64,000 nt of DNA from Bacteroidota bacterium (GTDB lineage Bacteria; Bacteroidota; Bacteroidia; Bacteroidales; FEN-979), in NCBI GenBank assembly GCA_026391775.1, contig JAPLDK010000006.1, positions 2,608-66,607 on the forward strand, written 5' to 3'. The stretch's first letter is position 1. Every line of letters begins with the position of its first letter. Positions 1-9,342 of the stretch are shown one piece after another. The position numbers and the translations under genes are program-made. The notes beneath the pieces were generated by a model. The model made no database searches and was not told the origin of the DNA. It saw only the letters and a list, made by a program, of their open reading frames with translations.

Positions 1-1421
1 ACTTTCAGCATGGGATTATGAGTATGCCCAAATGCAACTATTTTAAAGAGATTGGGCACCGTGGGTTGCATATATTCATATGCAGCTGTAAAAGAAAGAT
101 CAAGACTCCCATTCAGTATGGCCATCAAAACAGGCATGGTAACCGGGACTGCATTCCTGGTTTCTGTGGAAGGCCAGACATCTTCAATGTTTGAGCTGTA
201 CATATCCCTGACCCCATTGAAGCTGAAAGTGCTGGAATAGTTATCTATCCCTCCCATCAGGATGTTTGAGGAATCTGCTGCAACGGTAAGGGAGTATTGA
301 ATTTTAAGATATTCAAAAGCAGCCGTCCAGGCCGCTAAAAATTCAATCTGCCCGCTACCGGCCTTAAGCTCTTTACGGTTAAGACTTCCATGTTCCATCA
401 ATCCTTCAGCATCCAGCCTGGAGATAAAATATCCCGGAGGCAGGATATGACCCTGGTTTGAAAGAGGTTGGGGACAATTGAAAAAATCATAGCGGTGGCC
501 GTGCTCCATTATCATCTCACTCAGGGGCGAATAATGCCCGAGCCCCGACGAGTCTCCCTTCCAGATAACTCCCGGTATGATCTCCTGAAGGATGTCCTGT
601 GTTAACAGCATATCATGATTCCCGGGAACATATATCAATTGGATAGCCCCGCTTGAGGCAATTGCTTTGAGTTTATTGATAACATTGATGTTAACAGCCG
701 AGTTTGCTATAGACAGAAAGTAATCCCTGGAAGTGTTGATCCCTGCCGCAGAATCAAATGGTGATATGCGATAAGGGACCACCCATTCATCGAAGAGATC
801 ACCCAGAATGACCAATTGCCGTACATGGTCGCTTGTAAGCACTACATTGAGCAAACTTTCAAGGGCCGCTGCATTCTTATAGAACCAGCAATACCCATAT
901 ACCACAGACCGCGGATCCCCCATATGGATATCACTGATGCACACAATGGAATTCCGTTTTGTGGTATCGTTATCAAGAACCAGATGCCTTGCAGTTGTTC
1001 TTATTTCGATCACTTTAGACGACTGAAAGGTCACACCGGAAGTTGATCTCAAACCGGTTGTGATGGTGATCTTATATTTCCAGCCATCCTGCAACAGGAA
1101 ACCAGGTTGAAAAGCGATGAAAATTTTTCTCCCGTATGAAGTCATTGTATACATTGATGCCGGGATGACATCCTTGTCAGAAAATGAAATATTTCCTTTT
1201 ACGGTAGAAGAATCAACCGTCTGGCTGAAATCCAATTCAACAGATCTTTCCTGGTAATTCAGCGAATAATATAATCCGTTCTGCATCACCGATCTTGGTA
1301 AATCCACAGTCAGATACAAAGGTTCGGGCTGTGTCTCTTTCTTTTTACAGGATTGCAGCAGGCCAAACAAGCCGCCGAGAACGATCACCAATACGAATGT
1401 AAAAATGCGCCTGGGTTTCAT
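1..1421 (-). CDS. Calcineurin-like metallophosphoesterase lipoprotein; 3' end lies outside the window
   Basis: Absent from the ORF track because no stop is reached inside the window. Reverse-strand translation from the ATG at 1421 stays open to base 1. It begins MKPRRIFTFVLVIVLGGLFGLLQSC (lipobox), then shows CISDIHMGD / ILGDLFDEW / VPGNHD / MEHGHRYD / AFGHTHNP, the five metallophosphoesterase motifs in canonical order. Confidence 0.8.
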   Translation of the reverse strand, partial: MKPRRIFTFVLVIVLGGLFGLLQSCKKKETQPEPLYLTVDLPRSVMQNGLYYSLNYQERSVELDFSQTVDSSTVKGNISFSDKDVIPASMYTMTSYGRKIFIAFQPGFLLQDGWKYKITITTGLRSTSGVTFQSSKVIEIRTTARHLVLDNDTTKRNSIVCISDIHMGDPRSVVYGYCWFYKNAAALESLLNVVLTSDHVRQLVILGDLFDEWVVPYRISPFDSAAGINTSRDYFLSIANSAVNINVINKLKAIASSGAIQLIYVPGNHDMLLTQDILQEIIPGVIWKGDSSGLGHYSPLSEMIMEHGHRYDFFNCPQPLSNQGHILPPGYFISRLDAEGLMEHGSLNRKELKAGSGQIEFLAAWTAAFEYLKIQYSLTVAADSSNILMGGIDNYSSTFSFNGVRDMYSSNIEDVWPSTETRNAVPVTMPVLMAILNGSLDLSFTAAYEYMQPTVPNLFKIVAFGHTHNPMLK

Positions 1422-1521
1422 AAGCATTGTTCTTAATCACCAGCAAGTTAAGCAAAAAATCGAAATTTCGTATATAATTAAGCTGAATTCTTAGTTATAT
1501 TTACAAGCTGGAAGTATTCTT

Positions 1522-2961
1522 GTGAAAGCAAAAATAAAATTAATAATCACTTGCCGGATTCTTTTTACTGCTGTTGCCAGGCTTACTTATCTGACAGTCT
1601 TCCTGTGCTTCCTTCCCTTTATACCCCGTTCGCAAACGCTTGTTTTTAAAGGCATTGTCAAAGACGAACAAACCCTGAAGCCCATTCCGGACGTAAATAT
1701 CAAAGTGATCGGGACGACACTGGGGGCAGCAACCGATAAAACAGGCAGATTTGTTTTAAAACTTGACAAAATACCCACTTCGCTGGGATTTTCATGCGTA
1801 GGTTTTAATGAAGAGCATTTCAAAGTCACCAAAATCACGGATATCCAGCTTGAATTTCTGCTAAGGTCAAAGGCTTATAACCTGAAAGAAGTGAATATCA
1901 CTTCCAATAATTATTCATTCCTTTTTAAAGACAGGGAGTATTCTGTTCTTGATTATGAGCTGATGGATGACAACGTCCTTTTGCTGATCTTCCGTACGTT
2001 GTTGAAACAATCTCAGTTAGTCCTGCTTAACAGGAACGGCGACACTTTGGCTGTATCGGCATTACCGGAGCTACCCCCAACACGATTGTATAAGGATTTC
2101 CTCTCAAATATTCATTACTGCTCAAAACCAGGAAATGCATACCAGTGTTTTTATAACAGGGAAGCCATGTCTCTTGATTTTTTGTATAAAACCAAACTTG
2201 ATTCACTTCGAATTTTGTTCAAACCGTTTATTTTCAGCATGTCCGACCATATTTATTTCCAGGCAAGCATCCTTAACGGGTTCGGGACGACCTTTGGGAT
2301 TATTGAGCCGGGAAAAGGGAAGAAATACATCAGGCAGGTAATCAACAAGAAAAAAATTACGGAATACACTGATGACCAGATTTTTTACCAAAAGTGGAAT
2401 GCCGGATGCCCTCCTCAACACTACTTCATGCAAACCAACCCGGATGAATTTGACATAGAGCCAGCCTTTAATTTTTCAGTAGGTGACAGCGGTGGGGGAG
2501 CTTATGAGAAAAACGAAGCAAGGGCGCACTCCTTTGAGTATTTCAACATGATCTTCCCGGTAATAAAAACCAGGGATAACACCATCGCATTTTTCAATTT
2601 TGGCAATGATGTGATAGAACTGATGGATAAAGACGGAAAACTCTTACAAAAGATCCCTATAACATTTCATAAGGGTTTTTTGTCAAAGTATGATTCAGTT
2701 ACATCAGTCAGGTTGTCGGAATCGGGCTGGCGATGGAGTCCTATGATCCTGGTTGATGAATTTAACCGCAATATGTATACAATTTTTCTAAAAAATGAAA
2801 TGGTCAGGATACACCGGATAAACATGGAAACCGGGCAATTGCATGCGGGAACCATATTGCCCCTCCCGTTCCCTGAAAAAATTGAACTATATGATGGCGA
2901 AGCCTATTTTCTGAATAAAGGTGTGAATGAAAACTGGAAACTTGTTAAGTGCAAATTGTGA
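1522..2961 (+). CDS. Hypothetical envelope protein with N-terminal carboxypeptidase-regulatory-like (CarboxypepD_reg) domain
   Basis: 479-aa ORF with a GTG start and hydrophobic N-terminus. FKGIVKDEQTLKPIPDVNIKVIGTTLGAATDKTGRFVLKL fits the CarboxypepD_reg pattern. The remainder is unrecognised. Confidence 0.6.
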   Translation: MKAKIKLIITCRILFTAVARLTYLTVFLCFLPFIPRSQTLVFKGIVKDEQTLKPIPDVNIKVIGTTLGAATDKTGRFVLKLDKIPTSLGFSCVGFNEEHFKVTKITDIQLEFLLRSKAYNLKEVNITSNNYSFLFKDREYSVLDYELMDDNVLLLIFRTLLKQSQLVLLNRNGDTLAVSALPELPPTRLYKDFLSNIHYCSKPGNAYQCFYNREAMSLDFLYKTKLDSLRILFKPFIFSMSDHIYFQASILNGFGTTFGIIEPGKGKKYIRQVINKKKITEYTDDQIFYQKWNAGCPPQHYFMQTNPDEFDIEPAFNFSVGDSGGGAYEKNEARAHSFEYFNMIFPVIKTRDNTIAFFNFGNDVIELMDKDGKLLQKIPITFHKGFLSKYDSVTSVRLSESGWRWSPMILVDEFNRNMYTIFLKNEMVRIHRINMETGQLHAGTILPLPFPEKIELYDGEAYFLNKGVNENWKLVKCKL

Positions 2962-3063
2962 ACCCAAACATCGAACTTTAAAATATTGCCCGGCTAAAAC
3001 CGATTTACAAGTAACTTTGAAACTCGTGTCATAGAGACCAAGTGAACCATAAAACCTAAAGTT

Positions 3064-4950
3064 ATGAGAACATTTATCATTACCACTTTGTTTTACTTCA
3101 TTACTTTCCAATGTTTTTCCCAGCAACCAACACTTCAGGATACCTTGCTGGACTACATTACCGGGCGATGGGTACTCAGGGGGAACATAGCCGGGCAGGC
3201 AACAGTGCACGACATCTCTGCCGAATGGGTTTTAAACCACCAGTTCGTACTCATCAGGGAAACCTCCCACGAAAAAAATGCAAAGGGAGAACCTGAATAC
3301 CAGGCGAATGTATATGTGGGTTGGGATCAGGCCTCCAGTGAATATATCTGTATATGGCTGGATATCTGGGGTGGTTTCACCCCTCAGAGCGTGGGACGTG
3401 CAAAACGTGAAGGCGACAGCATTCCATTCCTGTTCAGGAAAAACGACAATACAACCGATTTCCATACCACTTTTGTATACGATAAAAAAACCGGCACTTG
3501 GCAGTGGAAGATGGATAATGATTACGGGGGAAAATTGCAGGCCTTTGCACGGGTAACATTGTCCAGATATTATTCACCCAAAATGCAGGTTTCGGAGTTT
3601 GCCTCTGTGAGCCAGGTTGCAAATGGCAAGCCGGTATCTGTAATGCTCACCAGCTACAGCACTACTCTTCTGGCAAATGGCAGGGACCATGCAAAATTGA
3701 GGATAGCCCTTATTGATAGTATCTCACGGGAGATCACATCAGCCAATGATTCCATTCGTATTTATGTGACCGGCGACGGAAAAGTTACAGCTTCTGACGG
3801 GAGCGATCTCCTTATGCGTACTGATACTGCCGGAACACTTTATTCTGCATGCAAGCTTGTGAACGGAACCTGCCGTATGCTTTTTATTGCAGGGAACAAA
3901 CCCGGAAAGGTTAAGGTTGAAGCCCACTCCGGAAAACTCTGGCCTGGTTCTCATGAGATCCATACCCTCCCTGCAGACTTTGCAATGATGAAGCCGAAAG
4001 CAGATCAGCTTTCACCGACAACAAAACCTATTGACAGAATGATTGGTGCCGATATTTCATTCCTGCCTGAGATCGAGGCCAGGGGAAGTAAATTTTTGGA
4101 TAACGGGCAAGAGAAAGATGCCATCATGCTGCTCAAAGACCATGGATTCAATTACATCCGCTTAAGGATCTTCGTTAACCCCGAAAATCAAAAAGGTTAT
4201 TCACCTGGCAAGGGATTTTGTGACCTTAAACATACTCTTGATATGGCCCAACGCATCCATGATGCCGGGATGAAACTCCTGCTCGATTTTCATTACAGTG
4301 ATTACTGGGCCGATCCTCAGCAGCAATTCAAACCTGAAGCATGGGCAAACCTGGATTTTAATACATTGATGGATTCAGTGAAAACGTACACTTCAAAGGT
4401 GCTGATGGCCCTTAAACAACAGGGGACAATGCCTGCCATGGTCCAGGTGGGGAATGAAATCAACCACGGCATCCTCTGGCCCGACGGCCATATAGGCAAT
4501 CCCGACCAGTTGGCCGGGCTATTGAAAGCAGGCGTAGCGGGCGTAGAGTCTGTGGATCCCGCAATCCCGGTAATGATGCACCTTGCCCTTGGTGGTCAGA
4601 ACGAAGAGGCTGTATTCTGGCTCGACAATATGATCGCCCGGGGAGTGAGATTTGATATAATAGGCCTCTCCTATTATCCACGATGGCATGGTACCCTGGA
4701 TGACCTTCAAAATAACCTGAATGATCTTAGAAATCGCTATAACAAACCTCTTAACGTGGCCGAATATTCGGATTTTAAGCCTCAGGTACATGATATTATT
4801 TTTAGTTTGCCTGAAGGTATGGGAAAAGGAGCCTGCATCTGGGAACCCCTCAATAGCTGGAGCGGACTGTTTGACCGTAATGGAGCGACTACAAAACTAA
4901 TCCAGGTGTATGATGAAATGAATTCAAAATATTTCACAACGGTGAAATGA
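3064..4950 (+). CDS. Arabinogalactan endo-beta-1,4-galactanase (GH53) with extra N-terminal domains
   Basis: 628 aa with a signal peptide. The C-terminal half has GH53 hallmarks: GADISFLPEIEARG, FNYIRLRIFVNP, DFHYSDYWADPQQQ, VQVGNEINHG (acid/base Glu) and PLNVAEYS (nucleophile Glu). The N-terminal ~170 aa look lipocalin/DUF1579-like and are followed by an Ig-like segment. Confidence 0.85.
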   Translation: MRTFIITTLFYFITFQCFSQQPTLQDTLLDYITGRWVLRGNIAGQATVHDISAEWVLNHQFVLIRETSHEKNAKGEPEYQANVYVGWDQASSEYICIWLDIWGGFTPQSVGRAKREGDSIPFLFRKNDNTTDFHTTFVYDKKTGTWQWKMDNDYGGKLQAFARVTLSRYYSPKMQVSEFASVSQVANGKPVSVMLTSYSTTLLANGRDHAKLRIALIDSISREITSANDSIRIYVTGDGKVTASDGSDLLMRTDTAGTLYSACKLVNGTCRMLFIAGNKPGKVKVEAHSGKLWPGSHEIHTLPADFAMMKPKADQLSPTTKPIDRMIGADISFLPEIEARGSKFLDNGQEKDAIMLLKDHGFNYIRLRIFVNPENQKGYSPGKGFCDLKHTLDMAQRIHDAGMKLLLDFHYSDYWADPQQQFKPEAWANLDFNTLMDSVKTYTSKVLMALKQQGTMPAMVQVGNEINHGILWPDGHIGNPDQLAGLLKAGVAGVESVDPAIPVMMHLALGGQNEEAVFWLDNMIARGVRFDIIGLSYYPRWHGTLDDLQNNLNDLRNRYNKPLNVAEYSDFKPQVHDIIFSLPEGMGKGACIWEPLNSWSGLFDRNGATTKLIQVYDEMNSKYFTTVK

Positions 4951-5071
4951 CTTTTAAAATACACATTACTGCAGTATGGTCCAGGGATTATCTCATCAAA
5001 CACGGATCCTATCTGAATAATATGATCCGTCGGAAAACTGAAATTATCACACCGCATTAATTCTTTGTAAC

Positions 5072-5800
5072 ATGAAAATCTCGGATAACAAAATCCTCAT
5101 AACAGGCGGTGCATCAGGCATTCGACTGGGCCTTGCCGAACGGTTTCTCAAAGAGAATAATGCTGTTATTGTCTGCGGACGGCGTGAGTCCCGCTTAAAA
5201 GAGGTTTCGGAAAAGTTCCCTTCCATCATCACAAGGGCTTGCGATCTCTCAAAAGCCTCAGAAAGGGAGGGACTTTTCAACTGGATATCCGCAGAACATA
5301 ACGACCTGAACGTTTTAGTCAACAATGCCGGTATCCAGCAGAGGATGTCAGTAACAGACCATGACTTTTATACGCGTTCAAAAGAGGAAATAGATATCAA
5401 TATTGAAGCTCCGGTCCATCTTACATCATTGTTCATAAAGCTTAAATCCCTCGATACTGTTATCAATGTTACCTCCGGTTTATCCTTTGCCCCGCTCACC
5501 AGTGTCCCGGTGTACTCGGCTTCAAAGGCATTCTTTCATTCCTTCACACTCTCTCTCAGGCACTTATTGAAACCCAGGAACATTGAGGTTATCGAACTTA
5601 TTCCCCCTGCCCTGAATACCGATCTCGGGGGGAGAAGTATACACAGTGAAGCTCCGCATGTAGCTGTGTTTATTGAGGCTGTATTTGAACAATTAAAACA
5701 GGGAAAGACTGAAATCACTTTTGGTTTCAGCGAAGCAATGACAAAAGCCGGACCCGAAGATCTTCAAAGGGCGTTTGCAAGGATGAATGCAACCAGATGA
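5072..5800 (+). CDS. Short-chain dehydrogenase/reductase (SDR) family oxidoreductase
   Basis: ITGGASGIRLG (TGxxxGxG), NNAG, and YSASK (YxxxK catalytic motif). 242 aa, a typical SDR length. Confidence 0.85.
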   Translation: MKISDNKILITGGASGIRLGLAERFLKENNAVIVCGRRESRLKEVSEKFPSIITRACDLSKASEREGLFNWISAEHNDLNVLVNNAGIQQRMSVTDHDFYTRSKEEIDINIEAPVHLTSLFIKLKSLDTVINVTSGLSFAPLTSVPVYSASKAFFHSFTLSLRHLLKPRNIEVIELIPPALNTDLGGRSIHSEAPHVAVFIEAVFEQLKQGKTEITFGFSEAMTKAGPEDLQRAFARMNATR

Positions 5801-5833
5801 ACTATTAACATGGTTCTTGAATATGAACAATGC

Positions 5834-6298
5834 CTAAGGATGGATATCATAACTCATCCCTCCCAGCAACTTCCAGCTATAGCCTTTTTTCACCCAGGTA
5901 TGTGTTATACGTGATGAGGTGGTTTTAGTAAGCCCTGTATCGCCGGGGCAATCCACACTTATCACATATTGCGTTAAAGCAACATCGTCATGCAAACGTA
6001 TGCCCTGTCGGTCGATCCTGAAACTGCACTTTGAAGGCTGGGGCACCAGCTTCCTCATGAAACTGGAACTTTCATTCCGGTCGATAGGCCTGAGCATTGC
6101 ACCGGGCCAACCCAGGAACTGCTCATCCACCAATGATAAAACGCCCTTGTAATCCGCCTTATAGAGGTTTGAGAAATAAGCCTCTTCAAGTTTCCATATC
6201 TTCTCTTCGGCTGTGTCAGTTTTGCTGTAAGTAAGGGACTGCGCTGAACAAACAAACGAACACAAAAACAGGACAAAGGCCAGGGTGAATGCTTTCAT
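5834..6298 (-). CDS. Secreted SnoaL/NTF2-like (DUF4440-like) protein
   Basis: The ORF 5834..6328 starts at TTG. The internal ATG at 6298 gives a clean signal peptide, MKAFTLAFVLFLCSFVCSAQS. Size and pattern fit the NTF2-like fold, but the family call is tentative. Confidence 0.5.
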   Translation of the reverse strand: MKAFTLAFVLFLCSFVCSAQSLTYSKTDTAEEKIWKLEEAYFSNLYKADYKGVLSLVDEQFLGWPGAMLRPIDRNESSSFMRKLVPQPSKCSFRIDRQGIRLHDDVALTQYVISVDCPGDTGLTKTTSSRITHTWVKKGYSWKLLGGMSYDIHP

Positions 6299-6410
6299 AA
6301 ATCCGTATTTTTGTTGCAAAACTACCAATATAAACTGAAGAGAACTATGAAGGAGCTATTTGATACCCTGTTGTTGTTTTTGTGCTATTACCAGAAGATC
6401 ATCATCATAC

Positions 6411-7682
6411 ATGAATAGAAGCTTAATAAAATTGCTCATGAAACAACCTGTACTAGTTGGTCTACTGCTTATTGCTTCTGCTTATTGTTACTCCCAGTCA
6501 GATTTCAGAAAAGGTTACCTTGTTAAAAATCCGGGTGATACAGCCTGGGGGTATATCGATTACAGGGGAAATAAAAGCAATGCCAGAAAATGCATTTTCA
6601 TGAAGGACAAAGATGGCAGAGGGAAAAAAACGGCATACACTCCCGAGCAAATCATTGCATACAGATTTATCGACAGCAAGTATTATGTTTCCCGTAATGT
6701 TCAAAACATAGACAAGGAAGACCATCTTTTTCTTGAATATCTTATCCACGGAATGGTTGATATTTACTACTATCGGGACGAATTCGGCGAGCATTATCTT
6801 GCACGGAAAGGCGATGGTAAAATTCTGCCGTTGACGAATGAAGATAAGGCCCATTATGTCGACGGGGTAACGTATCTGCAGGAATCGAAACAATATATTG
6901 GAATGTTGAAATTTCTGTTCCAGGATAGCCCAGAGGTCAGCAAGGAAACCGAATCGGTAGGATTGAGCCATAAATCCCTGATTAAAATTTCTAAAAAGTA
7001 CCACGAAGCAGTATGTACAAACGAGCAATGCATCATTTATGAGAAAAAAATTCCTAAAGTATTTGTTTTCCTGGGCCCTGTGGCAGGCGTGAATGTTGAC
7101 TTCCTGAACCGCATCGGCAGCACATTTACAGACAGATACTATTATTTCGGTGACTGCAAATGGAAAGCCGGCATCGATCCGTCCATAGGCCTGTCGCTTA
7201 CGCTTACACTGCCTTCATTAAACGAAAGGATGTCGGTGGAATACGATGTTACCATCAACCGTTTTACTTCAAAAGCAACTTCAACAACAAATGACGGAGT
7301 TAATTCTATGTTACTTCAGAATGACATCTCATTTACACAATATAATTGGAACAATGTTTTGATGTTTAAATACCAGCTGAGTATTGGGAAAGTGAGGCCG
7401 GTTATTATTGCAGGAGGGTTTCTCAATTATGTTTTTAACACCAGCTATACCAGGCATTTCTCCACCTTTTTGTGGGGACAGGCATTCCAGAATGAAACAT
7501 TTACAAACAACCCTTTTAGCAAATTCATTTACGGACTTACGATCGGAGCAGGCTGTGTATTTATAGTCCATAAGGAGCAAACCATAACGCTTGACCTGAG
7601 ATACAGCAGCGGGCTTGGTATTTTTCCTAACCTGAATACAAACCTGGTTTCGCTTACTCTTGCTGTGCCTTTTAAATTGTAA
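6411..7682 (+). CDS. Outer-membrane beta-barrel family protein (hypothetical)
   Basis: The longest ORF starts at TTG 6360. ATG 6411 gives MNRSLIKLLMKQPVLVGLLLIASAYCYSQ (signal peptide). The C-terminal third has alternating hydrophobic beta-strand periodicity, ending ...LTLAVPFKL. Confidence 0.5.
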   Translation: MNRSLIKLLMKQPVLVGLLLIASAYCYSQSDFRKGYLVKNPGDTAWGYIDYRGNKSNARKCIFMKDKDGRGKKTAYTPEQIIAYRFIDSKYYVSRNVQNIDKEDHLFLEYLIHGMVDIYYYRDEFGEHYLARKGDGKILPLTNEDKAHYVDGVTYLQESKQYIGMLKFLFQDSPEVSKETESVGLSHKSLIKISKKYHEAVCTNEQCIIYEKKIPKVFVFLGPVAGVNVDFLNRIGSTFTDRYYYFGDCKWKAGIDPSIGLSLTLTLPSLNERMSVEYDVTINRFTSKATSTTNDGVNSMLLQNDISFTQYNWNNVLMFKYQLSIGKVRPVIIAGGFLNYVFNTSYTRHFSTFLWGQAFQNETFTNNPFSKFIYGLTIGAGCVFIVHKEQTITLDLRYSSGLGIFPNLNTNLVSLTLAVPFKL

Positions 7683-7742
7683 TTGCAGATGTGTTTTTCA
7701 TTATTATTAAACACCTAATGGTTAGATGATTTCGGAATAATG

Positions 7743-8184
7743 AAACGATTCTAATAATCAGATTAAAGTCATTTTTGACGGGCTGCTTAACGAATGGGGA
7801 AGTGGTGGGGGTTATTCCACTGTTGATGATTCTATTATTTTTATTTCTCCCGGTTGGGAAAAAACCCTGATTATAGCACCATGGCTCTACATTGCGGCCG
7901 GTTACCGGTATTATTTCAACAATAATAAAACCTTTTATACCTCACCGGAGTTATTCTACAAGTATATGTGGGCCGATAAAATTGTGTACACTTTCGGGCT
8001 TGGAGGAGGAGGGACCCTGACAAACCAGTATGAGATCAGTTCCATGAATGCCGGGATAACCGGCCTGAATCTTTTACTGGGCAAGAAGCTCAGGATAAAG
8101 TTCAGCGCAGGCTTTAACATGGGGCTGGATATTTATACAGGTTTAACCTTCAGGTACAAAATGCTTAATACAACGATTTACTGA
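7743..8184 (+). pseudogene. Possible C-terminal remnant of a beta-barrel/OMP-like gene (open frame without start or signal peptide)
   Basis: The frame is open from the TGA at 7740-7742 to the stop at 8184 (147 codons). The only ATG is at 7966, and there is no signal peptide. Gly/Tyr-rich strand-like sequence (GLGGGGTLTNQYEI..., GLDIYTGLTFRYKM). A stranded ATG AAA CGA TTC TAA sits just upstream, out of frame. Confidence 0.25.
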
Positions 8185-8292
8185 AAAAAAACTGCCAGCC
8201 GTTATCATGACGAATGGGTGAATGTTATTTCAATACCTTTGTCGGAAAATCCGGAAATAAGTCATGAAAATCTGTTTCAGTTTTCACTTCAG

Positions 8293-8352
8293 TTTGGTAT
8301 AAATCTGTTTTTCTCATGGTTTTTGGTATAAATCTGTTTTTCTCATGGTTTT
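8293..8352 (+). repeat. Perfect 29-bp tandem duplication (2 copies + 2 nt) spanning the start codon of the next gene
   Basis: tttggtataaatctgtttttctcatggtt occurs at 8293-8321 and again at 8322-8350. Each copy contains an ATG (8316 and 8345). Confidence 0.9.
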
Positions 8353-9022
8353 AAAAATTAAGGCAATAATCACAGGCACAACCGGGATGGTTGGCAAAGG
8401 TGTTCTGCTGGAATGCCTCGACAGTCCTGATGTGGAATCCGTTCTTGTGATCAACCGCAAGCCCCTGGGCCTGCAACACTCAAAGCTGAAAGAAATCCTG
8501 CACAAGGACTTTTTTGACCTTCAGGCAATAGCATCAGAAATGAAAGGATATAATTCCTGCTTTTTCTGCCTGGGGGTATCTTCGGCAGGTATGAACGAAA
8601 AAGAGTATACGCATCTTACCCACGACCTCACACTGACGTTTGCAAAGGCCTTTATTCAACAGAACCCCGGATCGTTGTTCACCTATGTTTCAGGTGCAGG
8701 GACCGATTCTACTGAAAAAGGCAGGATCATGTGGGCCAGGGTAAAAGGCCGTACCGAGAATGCTTTACTTGCCCTGCCGTTCAAAGCTGCATACATGTTC
8801 AGGCCGGGATTTATCGAACCCCTTAAAGGCATAAAATCCAGTACCAAACTCTATAACACACTCTATATAATTCTAAAACCGTTTTTCCCCATCTTCAGGG
8901 CCATGCCGAAATACGCTACAGATACCATAAGAGTTGGCAAAGCCATGATCCATGTTGCCCTCAGAGACTATGAAAAGAAGCACCTTGAATGTACCGATAT
9001 TAACATCATTGCAAAACAATAA
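8345..9022 (+). CDS. NAD(P)H-binding atypical SDR / epimerase-like protein
   Basis: N-terminal Rossmann motif KAIITGTTGMVGKGV (GxxGxxG). 225 aa. Confidence 0.7.
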   Translation: MVLKIKAIITGTTGMVGKGVLLECLDSPDVESVLVINRKPLGLQHSKLKEILHKDFFDLQAIASEMKGYNSCFFCLGVSSAGMNEKEYTHLTHDLTLTFAKAFIQQNPGSLFTYVSGAGTDSTEKGRIMWARVKGRTENALLALPFKAAYMFRPGFIEPLKGIKSSTKLYNTLYIILKPFFPIFRAMPKYATDTIRVGKAMIHVALRDYEKKHLECTDINIIAKQ

Positions 9023-9025
9023 ATC

Positions 9026-9319
9026 ATGAAAACAAAGTATTTCTTCGGATTTCTGGGACTTGCAGTCCTGGCGGTCGTTTTGCTCAGCGGTTGTGCACAC
9101 CGCGAGATCGTAACCCATTGCCTCCAGGGGCACACGTATGGCTTCTGGGGTGGTTTATGGCATGGCTTTATCTCTCCTTTTGACCTGGTTGGTATGCTGA
9201 TCTACGATGATGTTACGGTATTTGCCCAGAACAATAACGGAGCCTGGTATGCATTCGGCTTTCTTCTCGGTGGAGGGGGCTGGGGCCTGCTGGGAGGTAA
9301 CAGGCTAGGCAGAAGATAA
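9026..9319 (+). CDS. Small lipoprotein/membrane protein, Gly-rich C-terminus (hypothetical)
   Basis: Lipobox in MKTKYFFGFLGLAVLAVVLLSGC. C-terminus GFLLGGGGWGLLGG. Sits 4 nt after the upstream gene. Confidence 0.4.
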   Translation: MKTKYFFGFLGLAVLAVVLLSGCAHREIVTHCLQGHTYGFWGGLWHGFISPFDLVGMLIYDDVTVFAQNNNGAWYAFGFLLGGGGWGLLGGNRLGRR

Positions 9320-9342
9320 ACAACGGTCCATTTAATCTTCTT

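Noticed and set aside
8293-8352. Possible CRISPR or minisatellite array
   Set aside because: There are only two directly adjacent copies with no spacers, and no cas genes are in the window. It is reported instead as a simple tandem duplication.
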